Virus record (IMG/VR): IMGVR_UViG_3300012205_000277 | Span: 1-64,000 of that record | Length of the DNA: 64,000 nt | Source: a virus | Strand: one strand, 5' to 3' | Shown: one piece after another, positions 1 through 9,576 of the stretch | Layout: each line of letters begins with the position of its first letter | Numbering within the stretch: position 1 is the first letter of the stretch | Position numbers and translations under genes: made by a program | Notes under the pieces: generated by a model | Database searches by the model: none | What the model was told of the DNA's origin: nothing | Seen by the model: the letters and a program-made list of their open reading frames with translations, nothing else

Positions 1-2229
1 CGCTGCGCCTGGCGTCAGTACGATGTTGCCGCCGTTCGCGTTCGCACCGGTCCCAAGCGACGCTCCACCCGCGCCCGCCGTCAGATTGATCGCTCCACCC
101 GCTCCGCCTACCGCGTTCGTCCCTGTCCCGGCTCCGCCAGCTCCCGCTGCGATTGAAGGCGAACTGCCGATTCCGGCCGTTCCCGTTGCATTGCTGTCGG
201 CACCGCCCGTAACGCCGGTGATCGTGAGCAGTGCCATGGCATTCGTGCCCGTAGAAGTGGATACCGAAGCCGGCGCTGTCCCCGAAAGCGTGAATCCGGT
301 TGTTGCCGTATTTGGAAACGTGAAACTGCCGTTGCCGACTGGAGCAAGGAGTCCGGTCCCGGTTGAATCGAAAGTCGGAGAACTGGTTGCGCCACCGCGA
401 ACGATGGCAAAATAATTCGTGTTGTCGGAATAAATCCAGGCGCACTGGCCGGTGGTAAGTGCCAGAGTGGATGCGGCACTGGTATAAGCCGAGCCGGTCG
501 AATAACTGATATTCGATGTCGTTGGTGTGATCGTCGCCGTCCCTGTTCCAATATCGCAACCCACTATCACGAAGTTGGATCCAAAGCCCGCCGAGGCTGC
601 GCTTGGCAGCGTCACGGCGATCGAGCCCGCATTGCTGAAAGTGACGTAGCTGGCGCGGTCAGTAACCGCGATCGTGTAAGTCGTGCCCGTTTGCGCGTTC
701 GTTGGTACACCCGGAAGCGCCCAAGCTTCGAGCGCAGCAGCGCCGCCCGATGGAGTATTCGTCAAGATTTGCGGGACGCCATTCGGAGTCGTAGGACCAG
801 CCAAACGAGCCGCAGCGGGAGTGGAATTCTCAACGATGATATCGCCTAGGGTCGTCATGGGATTTGTAAAACTTCCGCACGTACCCCAAGAAGTCTGTTG
901 TGGGTTCGCACCATTTGTTTGCAGGCATTGCCCATTCGTTCCGGTGGTAGTCGGTAAATTGATACGATTTGGAGTTCCGGCTACGCTGGCTGCTCCGAAG
1001 GCCGCTGAACCACTCGTTGCGCCGTTGTAAATTGTCTGGCCCGGAGGATAGCTTACGCGATACACGTTGATGAAGTCGTACCAAGTAGTACCTGCAGTGC
1101 CAAACGGGGTCGAGACTAGCTCTAAGGTGGCAAATACAGCGTTCGATGGAACAACCCCAGTAGCAGCCAGCAGTACCCAACTTGTCGAAGAACTTGAGAT
1201 TACTAAAGCATCGCCTGGAAAGGCCGAGGTAGCCTGAAGATTCTTATCGATCCACCTGATGGCAATGTTCGCGGTCACTACCCCGTCTGTTTTGACCGCT
1301 CCACTCACATAGAAGGTTTCTCCAGGAATGACCGGAATATCGGTAAACGTAAATACTCCTGCCCCGGCAGTGTCCGTATTTGACAGACACTTCAAGCTCC
1401 GCAGCCCCTCATAAGGGGTGACGGTTTCATAGGAGCAAGTCATGTTAAGATTCGGGTCCCAACCGGGAGGAGGTAAAGGGGGATTCAAACCCTCGAAGTC
1501 ACCGTTATATACAACAGGCAGTGGACCCTCAATAAATGAACGCTTATTGAAGAAGGCCCCATCAGGGATGGTATCCATCGTAATCGCAGCACAACCCGGC
1601 GCGCTGTTGCGCGAAAAAGCATTCGCGAATTGATTGGCAGGACAATTCCCAACGCCGGAATAGGCCGATGTCAGCCCGGCATCGTTCAGAGTCCCGGATA
1701 AGGCGAATTGCTCGATGCCGCCGGAAGGATTCGATGCGGCGATGGTCAGGCCATTAACCGCGGATCCGTTTTGAAAATTCAGGATCGATTGCAGCGCATT
1801 GGGCGTGCCATTTGTTTGTAGCGTTGCGCTTCTGCCGCTCTGGGTAAAATAATTCGTTCCGTTATTGTATATGTCTACGCCGCTCCCGGTAGACAACGTT
1901 ATGCCAGATGAGCCATCAATGGTTCCAAAAAGAGGAGTGATGGTCACAAGCCCGGCACCCAAATTTTTCAATTGGAATACATATCCGGCGCCGCAGGTCG
2001 CAGCCGATGGAAGATTGACGGCAAAGGCCGAAGCACTGTTCAACGTAACAAGCTTCAAAGCGTCCGAACAGACAACGGTGTAAGGGGAAACGGTCTGGGC
2101 ATTCACGCCGCTGTTCATGCGCGCAGTGTTCTGCCCGTACAATGGGCCTGCCATGGCCAGAAGTAAAAGCAACTTATTGAATATTTTCGGGCCTCTCGCG
2201 GGGAACATCCATCTGATCGGATTTAGCAT
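1..2229 (-). CDS. Large virion/tail-fibre-like protein (3'-partial, >=743 aa) with N-terminal signal-peptide-like segment, CBM4/9-like domain and Gly/Ala/Thr-rich region
   Basis: Translated by hand; open from ATG 2229 (or 2208) off the window edge, absent from the ORF track. MLNPIRWMFPARGPKIFNKLLLLLAMAGPLYGQN...; two copies of NAQTxxxYTxxxxDxxxxVTxxxAxxxAVxLPSAA; NGDFEG...PGW...YEGLRSL...PGETFYVSGAVK...WYD carbohydrate-binding-like module. Confidence 0.75.
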   Translation of the reverse strand, partial: MLNPIRWMFPARGPKIFNKLLLLLAMAGPLYGQNTARMNSGVNAQTVSPYTVVCSDALKLVTLNSASAFAVNLPSAATCGAGYVFQLKNLGAGLVTITPLFGTIDGSSGITLSTGSGVDIYNNGTNYFTQSGRSATLQTNGTPNALQSILNFQNGSAVNGLTIAASNPSGGIEQFALSGTLNDAGLTSAYSGVGNCPANQFANAFSRNSAPGCAAITMDTIPDGAFFNKRSFIEGPLPVVYNGDFEGLNPPLPPPGWDPNLNMTCSYETVTPYEGLRSLKCLSNTDTAGAGVFTFTDIPVIPGETFYVSGAVKTDGVVTANIAIRWIDKNLQATSAFPGDALVISSSSTSWVLLAATGVVPSNAVFATLELVSTPFGTAGTTWYDFINVYRVSYPPGQTIYNGATSGSAAFGAASVAGTPNRINLPTTTGTNGQCLQTNGANPQQTSWGTCGSFTNPMTTLGDIIVENSTPAAARLAGPTTPNGVPQILTNTPSGGAAALEAWALPGVPTNAQTGTTYTIAVTDRASYVTFSNAGSIAVTLPSAASAGFGSNFVIVGCDIGTGTATITPTTSNISYSTGSAYTSAASTLALTTGQCAWIYSDNTNYFAIVRGGATSSPTFDSTGTGLLAPVGNGSFTFPNTATTGFTLSGTAPASVSTSTGTNAMALLTITGVTGGADSNATGTAGIGSSPSIAAGAGGAGTGTNAVGGAGGAINLTAGAGGASLGTGANANGGNIVLTPGAA

Positions 2230-2281
2230 GTGCGTTTCCTAAAAACGGTACCAAGGAAATGCACCACGGACAACCACTTTA

Positions 2282-3139
2282 CTAGAAGATGGTACCTGCG
2301 CAGGCGAGCGCTGCCGGCATATCGCCGATGAAAGTGTTCGTACCCATATGCGTTGATTTTATCCAGGGACAAAGCAAAACTTTGTAACCCATGGCGATGC
2401 TGCTGAAGCAAAACCAGTAATCTTCAGAATCGTATTCGTGTGTTTCCGGATTGATGCCGACCTTGAAAAAATCATGGATGCGGCCGGGATTCGATGCGGG
2501 ATCGTGGCGAGCTTCATACCAGCGGTCCGGATAGACTTTCATGAATTTCAAAAACACTTCGCGCTTGACCATCAGGATCCCGGTACCGACATGCTTCATC
2601 GGCTCCGGCTGATCGAGTTGAATGGTCTTTTCGCCTTCAAATGCCGGGAAATTCAAGACGAAGTCGCCGCCGATTCTAGGAAGATCCTCAGCCGTAAACG
2701 CCTGGCCGCTCGTCTTGAACTGATGCGCAAGGCCTGCAGGATCGAAACCATTCGGAGAAGGATTGTTGTGGCTCCATTCGAGGACGCGGCGCGCGATCGC
2801 GTATTGAATGCGGTCCCAGCGGATGGATTTCTTGCTGCAAGGAACGCCCAAAATATCCTTGTCCATTTCGAGCATCGCGACGATGTCGCGCGGATCGAAA
2901 CCGATATCGGCATCGATGAAGCAGGCATGGGTATTCGAGCTTTCTTTTAGAAAACTGTCGGCCAGGCGGTTCCGCGCCCGGCTGATCAAGGATTCGTTGT
3001 AGACGCTGCTCCAGCCGAAATCGACGCCCAGTTCTTTGCAGAGGTAGGCGAGATGCACAAAAGAATCGTGATAATTGATGGTGAGATTGCCGCCGTACAT
3101 CGGCGTCAGGATATACAGCGATTTCCCGCGTAGACTCAT
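2282..3139 (-). CDS. GT-A fold glycosyltransferase-like protein
   Basis: ILTPMYGG, SLISRARNRL, FIDADIGF (DxD), GTGILMVKREVF, SEDYWFC motifs. Confidence 0.8.
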   Translation of the reverse strand: MSLRGKSLYILTPMYGGNLTINYHDSFVHLAYLCKELGVDFGWSSVYNESLISRARNRLADSFLKESSNTHACFIDADIGFDPRDIVAMLEMDKDILGVPCSKKSIRWDRIQYAIARRVLEWSHNNPSPNGFDPAGLAHQFKTSGQAFTAEDLPRIGGDFVLNFPAFEGEKTIQLDQPEPMKHVGTGILMVKREVFLKFMKVYPDRWYEARHDPASNPGRIHDFFKVGINPETHEYDSEDYWFCFSSIAMGYKVLLCPWIKSTHMGTNTFIGDMPAALACAGTIF

Positions 3140-3163
3140 GCAGGCCGGAATAATATCACAAAT

Positions 3164-4372
3164 TCATTTTGAAGCGCTGCGCACCAATGATTCTTTTTCG
3201 GTGATGCGCATGGGATCGATCAGGAATTGCCCGGACTTGACTTGGAGTCCGCGATATTCCGCAGAATCTATTGTTATCACGATCGTGCGGCAGGCCAGCA
3301 CTTCCTCCAAGTGCTCCGCCATGATCAGCGGGTCATGAACCCTCACGGTTCGGCCCATGGCCCTTAATTCCGTCATGAGCGCCATGCCGGCAGATTCTTC
3401 GGTGATGGCTGTGCCCGCTTTGTAGGCAAGACCCAGGATCCCGACGTCGCCATTTACTGGAATCTGCGCCAAGATGAATTTCAGCATTGTTTCGTTGATG
3501 GCGTCGGTAGCGGCCGCCAAATGGGCGGTGATTCCGGCTTTTTTGGCAACACATTGGAACATCCGGTTATCGCGCGGGAAACAGGGCCCACCGTAGCTCA
3601 AACCCGGCTGTAATGCTTTGTGCCCGATACGGCTATCGCGGCCGATGAAATTGAGAATCATGTGTGGGTCGGCTCCCAATTGTTTCGCTACCATGCCCAC
3701 CTGGTTCGCAAAACTGATCTTCATGGTAATCGCGCAATTCAAGGAAATCTTCGCGAGTTCGGCTTCGACCAAAGACATGCTTTGGAAATCGCAAAGCTGC
3801 AGGCGTGAATAAAGGCGGAACACTTCCTCGGCTGCCGCCTTGTCATTGGCGCCAATCAAGCCAATGTCCGGATGAACCAGGTCGCGCATGACCGTTCCGA
3901 GAGCGATCAATTCCGGCTTGTAGACCAGCTGGATGTTGGCCGAATGCTGCTGGATGGCCGGCAAAAGAATCTTCTCGCAACTCCCCGGCGTCACCGTGGA
4001 TGCAATGATGAAAAAATACGGGCTCTTGCGGTTTTGCTCGCTGACCGCATTGGCAATCGCTGCGATTCCATCAAGTAGATGGTGGTTGCTAAAACTTCCG
4101 TCAGCAAGGCTTGGCGTGGGAGCAACGAAGATGCAAGCTTCCGTCGAGCCAACCGCTTCCTGCGGGTCGGTCGTCGCGTTTAGGAATGGCCCCGTTTTCT
4201 GGATGGCTACCTCGAGTTCAGGCTCCTGGATGGGAGAGCATTTCCCATTGACGTGATGAACTTTCATGCGATCGAGGTCGTACCCGGTTACCTGCAAGCC
4301 GGTGCGCGCAAACGATACCGCCAGGGGCAAGCCCAGGCGTCCTAATCCAAGTACGCAGAGATGGTTGATCAT
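3164..4372 (-). CDS. UDP-glucose/GDP-mannose dehydrogenase family protein
   Basis: GLGRLG Rossmann motif, PTPS, STVTPG, AELAK, GGPCFPRD catalytic Cys, GLAYK. Confidence 0.92.
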   Translation of the reverse strand: MINHLCVLGLGRLGLPLAVSFARTGLQVTGYDLDRMKVHHVNGKCSPIQEPELEVAIQKTGPFLNATTDPQEAVGSTEACIFVAPTPSLADGSFSNHHLLDGIAAIANAVSEQNRKSPYFFIIASTVTPGSCEKILLPAIQQHSANIQLVYKPELIALGTVMRDLVHPDIGLIGANDKAAAEEVFRLYSRLQLCDFQSMSLVEAELAKISLNCAITMKISFANQVGMVAKQLGADPHMILNFIGRDSRIGHKALQPGLSYGGPCFPRDNRMFQCVAKKAGITAHLAAATDAINETMLKFILAQIPVNGDVGILGLAYKAGTAITEESAGMALMTELRAMGRTVRVHDPLIMAEHLEEVLACRTIVITIDSAEYRGLQVKSGQFLIDPMRITEKESLVRSASK

Positions 4373-4632
4373 CTGAGGGTAAACATAAATTCGTGCGGTT
4401 CGAGTATCCCGGTCAGATCAAGACGCACCGGGATTATGCCGCAAACGAAAAACCCTTCGGCATCGGAAATTTCGCGCAAACAAGACCAAAGAGCGCCGCC
4501 AATCATAAGCGACGGTTGCGGCTTGCCATGGACTCCTTGTAATAGCTGCTGGAATTCACCGAAGGCGGACAAGATCTGCTCGTAGGGCCATCCTTCGACC
4601 GCTGGCAAGGTGATGGAAGAAGTTTTTGACAT
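4369..4632 (-). CDS. Hypothetical protein
   Basis: ORF coupled within the operon (ATGA overlap with the next gene). Confidence 0.6.
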   Translation of the reverse strand: MSKTSSITLPAVEGWPYEQILSAFGEFQQLLQGVHGKPQPSLMIGGALWSCLREISDAEGFFVCGIIPVRLDLTGILEPHEFMFTLR

Positions 4633-4635
4633 TTT

Positions 4636-5343
4636 CTAGAACCAGGACTCTCCGCACTGGTTGCAGCGCCGCATCCCGCCGGCGAGCCCTGTCGCCGTAC
4701 TCCCACATTTTGGACAAACCGGCAACCGTTGTCCAACAAGAAGATCGGGAAGGTTCGTTCTTCGTATCTGGTCTACCGGCTGTACGTGGTCCGTTTTGCT
4801 GCCGCGGTAGAAGTAAAAATACATGACTTCGGGGATGTAATGCTCCGTCTTGACAATGCCCAGATTGCGCAACTGCGTTGACCAGCGCTCGTCCTCGCCG
4901 AAGCCGCCGGACATCTTGGCTTGCAGCGCCAATTCGCGGCGAATCGGATTTAGGTGCGAAATGTCGCGATAAAAACCGTCCTGGTCCGCATTCCATTCTT
5001 TGTATTGGAGCGAATGATAAGTCGGCTTCTGCTTTTCTCCGTCCACATACAATTGAAGACGAAAGCCCACGTAGTCGACTCCATCGAGCAATGGATAGAT
5101 TGTCGAGACATAGGAGGCCGGCACCAAATCGTCATCATCCACTTGCGATATATACTCAGCAGAGGATGCCTCGATCATAGCTTGGCGGTTAGTTCCTAGA
5201 TCCATGCGTTGGTCGAATAGGCGGGTCTTGAATTCAACATCCGAATATTCTTCAAGTTGAGGTTTTAGAACGGCACTGATGCGCGCCAGAAAACGTTCTC
5301 GAGAAGGTTGAGTCAAGCAAAGGATGCTCCATTTGGCGTTCAT
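4636..5343 (-). CDS. Glycosyltransferase family 2 with C-terminal zinc ribbon
   Basis: WSILCLT..R, SQVDDDDLV, GEDERW; C-terminal CPKCG...CNQCG; start moved to MNAKW. Confidence 0.8.
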   Translation of the reverse strand: MNAKWSILCLTQPSRERFLARISAVLKPQLEEYSDVEFKTRLFDQRMDLGTNRQAMIEASSAEYISQVDDDDLVPASYVSTIYPLLDGVDYVGFRLQLYVDGEKQKPTYHSLQYKEWNADQDGFYRDISHLNPIRRELALQAKMSGGFGEDERWSTQLRNLGIVKTEHYIPEVMYFYFYRGSKTDHVQPVDQIRRTNLPDLLVGQRLPVCPKCGSTATGLAGGMRRCNQCGESWF

Positions 5344-5864
5344 AGGATGACAGTTCTGTGCGCTGTAACGGTGACCTGCCCCCAGTTCGCAAGAGCCTCT
5401 TTGAAGACGCGATTGGCTCGCATATTGTTTTGTTGTTGTTTCCGGGTGGCCCATCTACAATTTAAAGGCTCATAGTTACCAAGTTTGTTATTCCGCTCCA
5501 GGCTTTTATTCTTAGGGCGGTCGCCCATGTCAGCAAGGAAATGTAGGAATCCATCGGGACCGAGCCAACGATTGCAAACATTAATTCCACGGCCGCCATA
5601 TCGATGAAAATTATCGTTTCGTGGGTTACAGCAACGCTGTATCATATGGTCCCAAGACATGTAGGTTCGTGTTCTTCTCTTGCGTCGATTATGTCCATGA
5701 TGGGTAGCGGCTACGTGTCCAAGTGCTGCATTTTTTAATGGCCCAACCCAGCCTCGCGTCTTTGCATATTTCTGTCGTCTACTTGCGTACATACACGACC
5801 TACACTGTGCGGAATATTTACCCTTGATATTGCCGCAGCTACATTTATTCCACAGATGCCTCAT
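5340..5864 (-). CDS. HNH homing endonuclease inserted in the glycosylation cluster
   Basis: SWDHMIQRC.NP....YGGRGI.VC.RW...F..DMG.RP...SLER....GNYEP.NCRWAT. Confidence 0.88.
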   Translation of the reverse strand: MRHLWNKCSCGNIKGKYSAQCRSCMYASRRQKYAKTRGWVGPLKNAALGHVAATHHGHNRRKRRTRTYMSWDHMIQRCCNPRNDNFHRYGGRGINVCNRWLGPDGFLHFLADMGDRPKNKSLERNNKLGNYEPLNCRWATRKQQQNNMRANRVFKEALANWGQVTVTAHRTVIL

Positions 5865-6552
5865 AACTTGCCTTTCTTAATTTTTCTATATCGACCTCAC
5901 GCAACGGCGCTAGGTCTTCGTAGAGTTGAGATACATTGTCACGCGAATGACGTTCCAATCGATCGTCGTAGGTTTTATCTTGGGGGCCCTTGCCAAGCCA
6001 AAAATGGAGATGCTCTATGATAAAAGTCAAATATTTTCTCCTACCAAGAGCATTTGCAACTTCATTCAAGTGAGTATCGCCGTAGTCTGAGGAATAGAAT
6101 GGAGGAGTTAAATATCCGAGCGTCTCCAGCCATCTGCGATGAACAAATGGGTGACAGCCAAACTTTCCCTGACTACCACTCGGAAGGTTCGTTCCATCGG
6201 ATCCGTGAACCAGTAAAATTTTGTCAGGATATTTAGAGAATTCCCTATAAACCAAACTATCCCATCCACGTGTTCGGAATGCAATATCGTCATTCCCCTG
6301 ATGGAAAATTTCGCCAATGGCCGCGGCTGCGCATTTATTCCACATATTCGAAAGAACGATGCGCGGACCGATGAGGAATTGGACTTCGAGATTAAATTCC
6401 TCGTTGAAATTGAAATAGGTCAAGGCATCGTCTTGATCCACATAGGCGATAAATTGAAGGCAGTCACGATCATCTGCCGTGTCGAGAGCCGAACGGACGG
6501 CGTGTTCCAGGCCTCGGCGGCGTCCCCGCGTCGGAATTAAAATAGAAATCAT
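5845..6552 (-). CDS. Glycosyltransferase family 2
   Basis: MISILIPTRGR, YVDQDD, GNDDI.FRT.GWD, IEHLH. Confidence 0.82.
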   Translation of the reverse strand: MISILIPTRGRRRGLEHAVRSALDTADDRDCLQFIAYVDQDDALTYFNFNEEFNLEVQFLIGPRIVLSNMWNKCAAAAIGEIFHQGNDDIAFRTRGWDSLVYREFSKYPDKILLVHGSDGTNLPSGSQGKFGCHPFVHRRWLETLGYLTPPFYSSDYGDTHLNEVANALGRRKYLTFIIEHLHFWLGKGPQDKTYDDRLERHSRDNVSQLYEDLAPLREVDIEKLRKASYEASVE

Positions 6553-7097
6553 TCGGGGCGTTGGAAGATCGCGAAACCTACGACGGAGGGCAATACCAGA
6601 TGGGGCCAATCCCGCGCGGCGGCAAAGCTTCCGTACATATTCTGGTAGGCTACGCAGGCATCGTGCCAGCAGACAATCCCGCCGGGAGCAATATTGTGGT
6701 CTCCAAGGCTCATCAATTCCTTCTCGCGCACATTCGGGTCGCCGGAATCGATGTGGACAAAATGCATTGGCGAGGTCCTTGAAGCAAGAAGGTCTTGCCC
6801 TGACATCTGCACGACATCCACCATCGGCAGGTCTAAGAATCGTTGGCGCGCCGGACCGATGCGCTCTGGATCGATGTCGCAGGTAATCAAGCGTCCCGTG
6901 CCGTTATCGCGGAGAGCCCGGCCAATCCATTCGGCCGAATCGCCGACAAACGTGCCGGTTTCAATGCAGACGATCGGCTTAACCATCCGGACTAGCCCGT
7001 AAAGGAGCGCACCCACTTCCTGTTCGACCCCGCGGCCTTCGACCATGTTGTACTGGCTACGCGGTCGACCCGCCGGCAATGCTTGGTACTGTCGCAC
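6549..7097 (-). CDS. Class I SAM-dependent methyltransferase (Methyltransf_24-like)
   Basis: IETGTFVGDS, CDID, FVHIDS, GGIVCWHD. Confidence 0.85.
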   Translation of the reverse strand: MRQYQALPAGRPRSQYNMVEGRGVEQEVGALLYGLVRMVKPIVCIETGTFVGDSAEWIGRALRDNGTGRLITCDIDPERIGPARQRFLDLPMVDVVQMSGQDLLASRTSPMHFVHIDSGDPNVREKELMSLGDHNIAPGGIVCWHDACVAYQNMYGSFAAARDWPHLVLPSVVGFAIFQRPE

Positions 7098-8097
7098 GGT
7101 TCATCACCTTTCCGATCATTTTCTGGAGCATGCCTTCAAGGGTATAGTCCCGCCGCACCAACTCGCCGCCGGCGCGCGCGATTCTTTCACATTCTTCGGG
7201 ATGTTCCAGGTAATACTTGACTTGCTTCCCGTTGTTGGCGAAAAATCCCAGCTCATAGTAGACGATATGGATTCCCTCTTTAAAAATCGTGAGGTTCTTG
7301 GCGGCATCGCCCGGGAAACGCGGAAACATGACCAACGTATCGCTGGCCATGATATCGAAGGTTTTTTCCACCAGCAATCGTGACATTGGGGGCAAAAGAA
7401 AAAAAATTCTTATCTGACGGTAGTTCTCCGCCAGAAGCTCGGTCGTTTCGCGTTCGCGAAGCCCGCCGAGATCCTGGACGAGAACGCAGCCGGAATAGAA
7501 AGTGGTTTTTGCGCCGACGTGCTGGATCAGCTTCATCAGATATTCATGCCGTTGCTGATAGAGCGAGCCGATGAAGCCGAGATCGTATTTCTTTAGCTTA
7601 CTGATAATCGGTCCATCCGACAGACCGTTCAATGTCGGCGGATGGAAGATCGTGGTATCGGCGCCGTACGGCAGCCACTCGCCGCCATATTTTTCAGCGT
7701 CCTGGGCTGCCGGGAAGGAATAGTACCTTGCCCATTTCTTCAGTTCCGGCACGCGCTGCGGCAGCCAGAGGTCGCCGCGGTCCATGGACTCATCGAACCG
7801 CGCGAGCACCGGCACTTTCTCCATGAGCAGCTCCCACTGCTCGAATGGATATATCACTTTGAGCCAGGGCTGGGTGTATTCGTGATAGAACGAAATTACC
7901 AAATCCGATTCAAGCAACTGTTCCATGGTCGGCATCTTGGCCAGGATTTCAGCAGTGACTTGCACGGTGTTGCCGGGGAAAAAGCAATCGCGCACTTCAT
8001 GTCCCATTCTCGTCAGCGTATTGTAATAGCCGCCGAGAGCGTAGCTGCAGGCCAAAAAATTCCGCGGGTAAAAAATCGCGATCTTCACGGTTTCCAA
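7057..8097 (-). CDS. GT-B glycosyltransferase (CgeB/YkvP-like)
   Basis: WLPYGAD..IFHP, YDLGFIGS, KTFDIMA, YYLEHPEE.ERIARAG. Confidence 0.75.
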   Translation of the reverse strand: METVKIAIFYPRNFLACSYALGGYYNTLTRMGHEVRDCFFPGNTVQVTAEILAKMPTMEQLLESDLVISFYHEYTQPWLKVIYPFEQWELLMEKVPVLARFDESMDRGDLWLPQRVPELKKWARYYSFPAAQDAEKYGGEWLPYGADTTIFHPPTLNGLSDGPIISKLKKYDLGFIGSLYQQRHEYLMKLIQHVGAKTTFYSGCVLVQDLGGLRERETTELLAENYRQIRIFFLLPPMSRLLVEKTFDIMASDTLVMFPRFPGDAAKNLTIFKEGIHIVYYELGFFANNGKQVKYYLEHPEECERIARAGGELVRRDYTLEGMLQKMIGKVMNRATVPSIAGGSTA

Positions 8098-8438
8098 CCT
8101 CTTGTGGTTTCCGCGGCCTTCGGTATATCGTAGCTGATGCCAAACTCGGTCGCGCGCATCCCGGGGAATTTTTCTTCGTATTGTCCGGAAAGATGGTCGG
8201 CTTCCTCGATCATCTGCTTCTGAAATTCTTCCACCGTAAAAATTCCTTTCTTGACCAAGAGGCCCAGCAAGGCGTTTAATTCAGCGCGCATCAGGATGGT
8301 AACTTCGCGATGATCTTTGACGGCCTTGCATTCCGCATCGGTATCGCTGCGCGTGCCCAACTGCCAGGCAGCAAAGGGCTGCCGCCACTTCGTCAAGATG
8401 TTCAGGTGGCGCATCAATTCTTGCTCTAGTTCAGCCAT
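8085..8438 (-). CDS. Hypothetical protein
   Basis: Operonic ORF. Confidence 0.65.
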   Translation of the reverse strand: MAELEQELMRHLNILTKWRQPFAAWQLGTRSDTDAECKAVKDHREVTILMRAELNALLGLLVKKGIFTVEEFQKQMIEEADHLSGQYEEKFPGMRATEFGISYDIPKAAETTRGWKP

Positions 8439-8884
8439 TAGGGATGCTCCTGTTGAAACATTTGAAACGTGGTCCGCCGCCCACAGGTCTTGCAGCAGAA
8501 CGTTTCCATACTGAAGTCGGGCTCGAACCCGGACGTGGATCCACAGCCTCTGCAGGCGAGCTCCGCCTGCAAGCCGATTTGGCCGAGATTGAAGTAATCG
8601 TTGAAGTCGCGGAATTGGGTTAGGTTTGGATTTTTCTTGATTGCCTGGCCAAGCGCTTCCTCATCGAGTGCGCCATTGGGCATTATCCAGCGCGGGCCGG
8701 GTAATTCCCAGGACCTAGGTGCGACCAGCGGCTGCCAGGTTTCCGGCCATTTCCATGGTGTACTTGGATTTGTAACGGACGGCCTAGCAACAGTGGGTGC
8801 GGATGCGATGGATGCTTGCGGCTCCGGCTCCGCAGGCGAGCAGATTTCCGAATCTTCGAGCACGATCCTGCGGTCGAGCGCCAT
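8438..8884 (-). CDS. Hypothetical protein with C-terminal zinc ribbon
   Basis: CRGCG...CKTCG. Confidence 0.6.
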   Translation of the reverse strand: MALDRRIVLEDSEICSPAEPEPQASIASAPTVARPSVTNPSTPWKWPETWQPLVAPRSWELPGPRWIMPNGALDEEALGQAIKKNPNLTQFRDFNDYFNLGQIGLQAELACRGCGSTSGFEPDFSMETFCCKTCGRRTTFQMFQQEHP

Positions 8885-8920
8885 CGGCGGATTCTATAAT
8901 AGAAAATCTAAGAGGGCAAG

Positions 8921-9154
8921 TTATTGGGCGGTGATTTTTACGATTTGCTCGATTGGGATAAACGTCAGTACGCCGCTGGCATCTGTAAACCAAAACCCGC
9001 CGGAGCGCACAATATTCGAAACCATCAAGCTATAATCGGCCTGACTGCCTCCCGCTGAAACGATAGTTATCGTCACAGTCGTCGTTGTGATTACGGCTGG
9101 CGAAGCCCCGCTGTAGACTAAATAGGTGATTATTATTGTGGTTGGATTTGCCAA
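8921..9154 (-). CDS. Small hypothetical (possibly virion) protein
   Basis: TTG start with AGGGG SD; Thr/Ile-rich. Confidence 0.6.
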   Translation of the reverse strand: MANPTTIIITYLVYSGASPAVITTTTVTITIVSAGGSQADYSLMVSNIVRSGGFWFTDASGVLTFIPIEQIVKITAQ

Positions 9155-9176
9155 CTTAGCCCCTTAGATGTATACT
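9148..9176 (+). promoter_or_regulatory. sigma70 promoter of pentamer RNA 1
   Basis: TTGCCA-N17-TATACT. Confidence 0.75.
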
Positions 9177-9180
9177 TATG

Positions 9181-9275
9181 TTCGGCGTGGATAAGCCAGG
9201 TATGACTATATGGGCTGCGGCAAGACTTGCAATGGCAGGCAAGGCCGAGGGAGCGAATTCTGCTCCCTCTTTTTT
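9181..9275 (+). ncRNA. Pentamer-repeat (GGN-NN) candidate guide RNA 1
   Basis: 10 pentamers 9184-9233 plus GGCAGGC; own promoter and own terminator. Confidence 0.7.
9247..9275 (+). terminator. Rho-independent terminator
   Basis: GAGGGAGC-7nt-GCTCCCTC followed by T6. Confidence 0.8.
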
Positions 9276-9289
9276 CACCTGAATTCGCA

Positions 9290-9544
9290 TTACGTAACGT
9301 CCGGAGTGCCTTCGTCGATGATGCCCGGTTTTTGGCCGCCGTAAATATAAGCTTGATAATTCGTTACGGCCGTTTGTGCCGCTTGATAGGCAGCTTTGTT
9401 CGTTTCGCTGGTTTCGATGCCGGCCTGATAAGTAGCCAACGTCGACGCTGCCGTCGCCTGCAAAACGGCGAGCTGCGTCAATTGCGCCGCTGTCGGAACA
9501 TGAGGCGCATCTGCGCCTTGCGGATTCCCTGCTGCTGCTGGCAT
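9290..9544 (-). CDS. Small protein downstream of the capsid gene
   Basis: GGAG SD; position in the head operon. Confidence 0.65.
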   Translation of the reverse strand: MPAAAGNPQGADAPHVPTAAQLTQLAVLQATAASTLATYQAGIETSETNKAAYQAAQTAVTNYQAYIYGGQKPGIIDEGTPDVT

Positions 9545-9576
9545 AGGCCCTCTCCTTCAGAAATCGCCAGCCGCTA

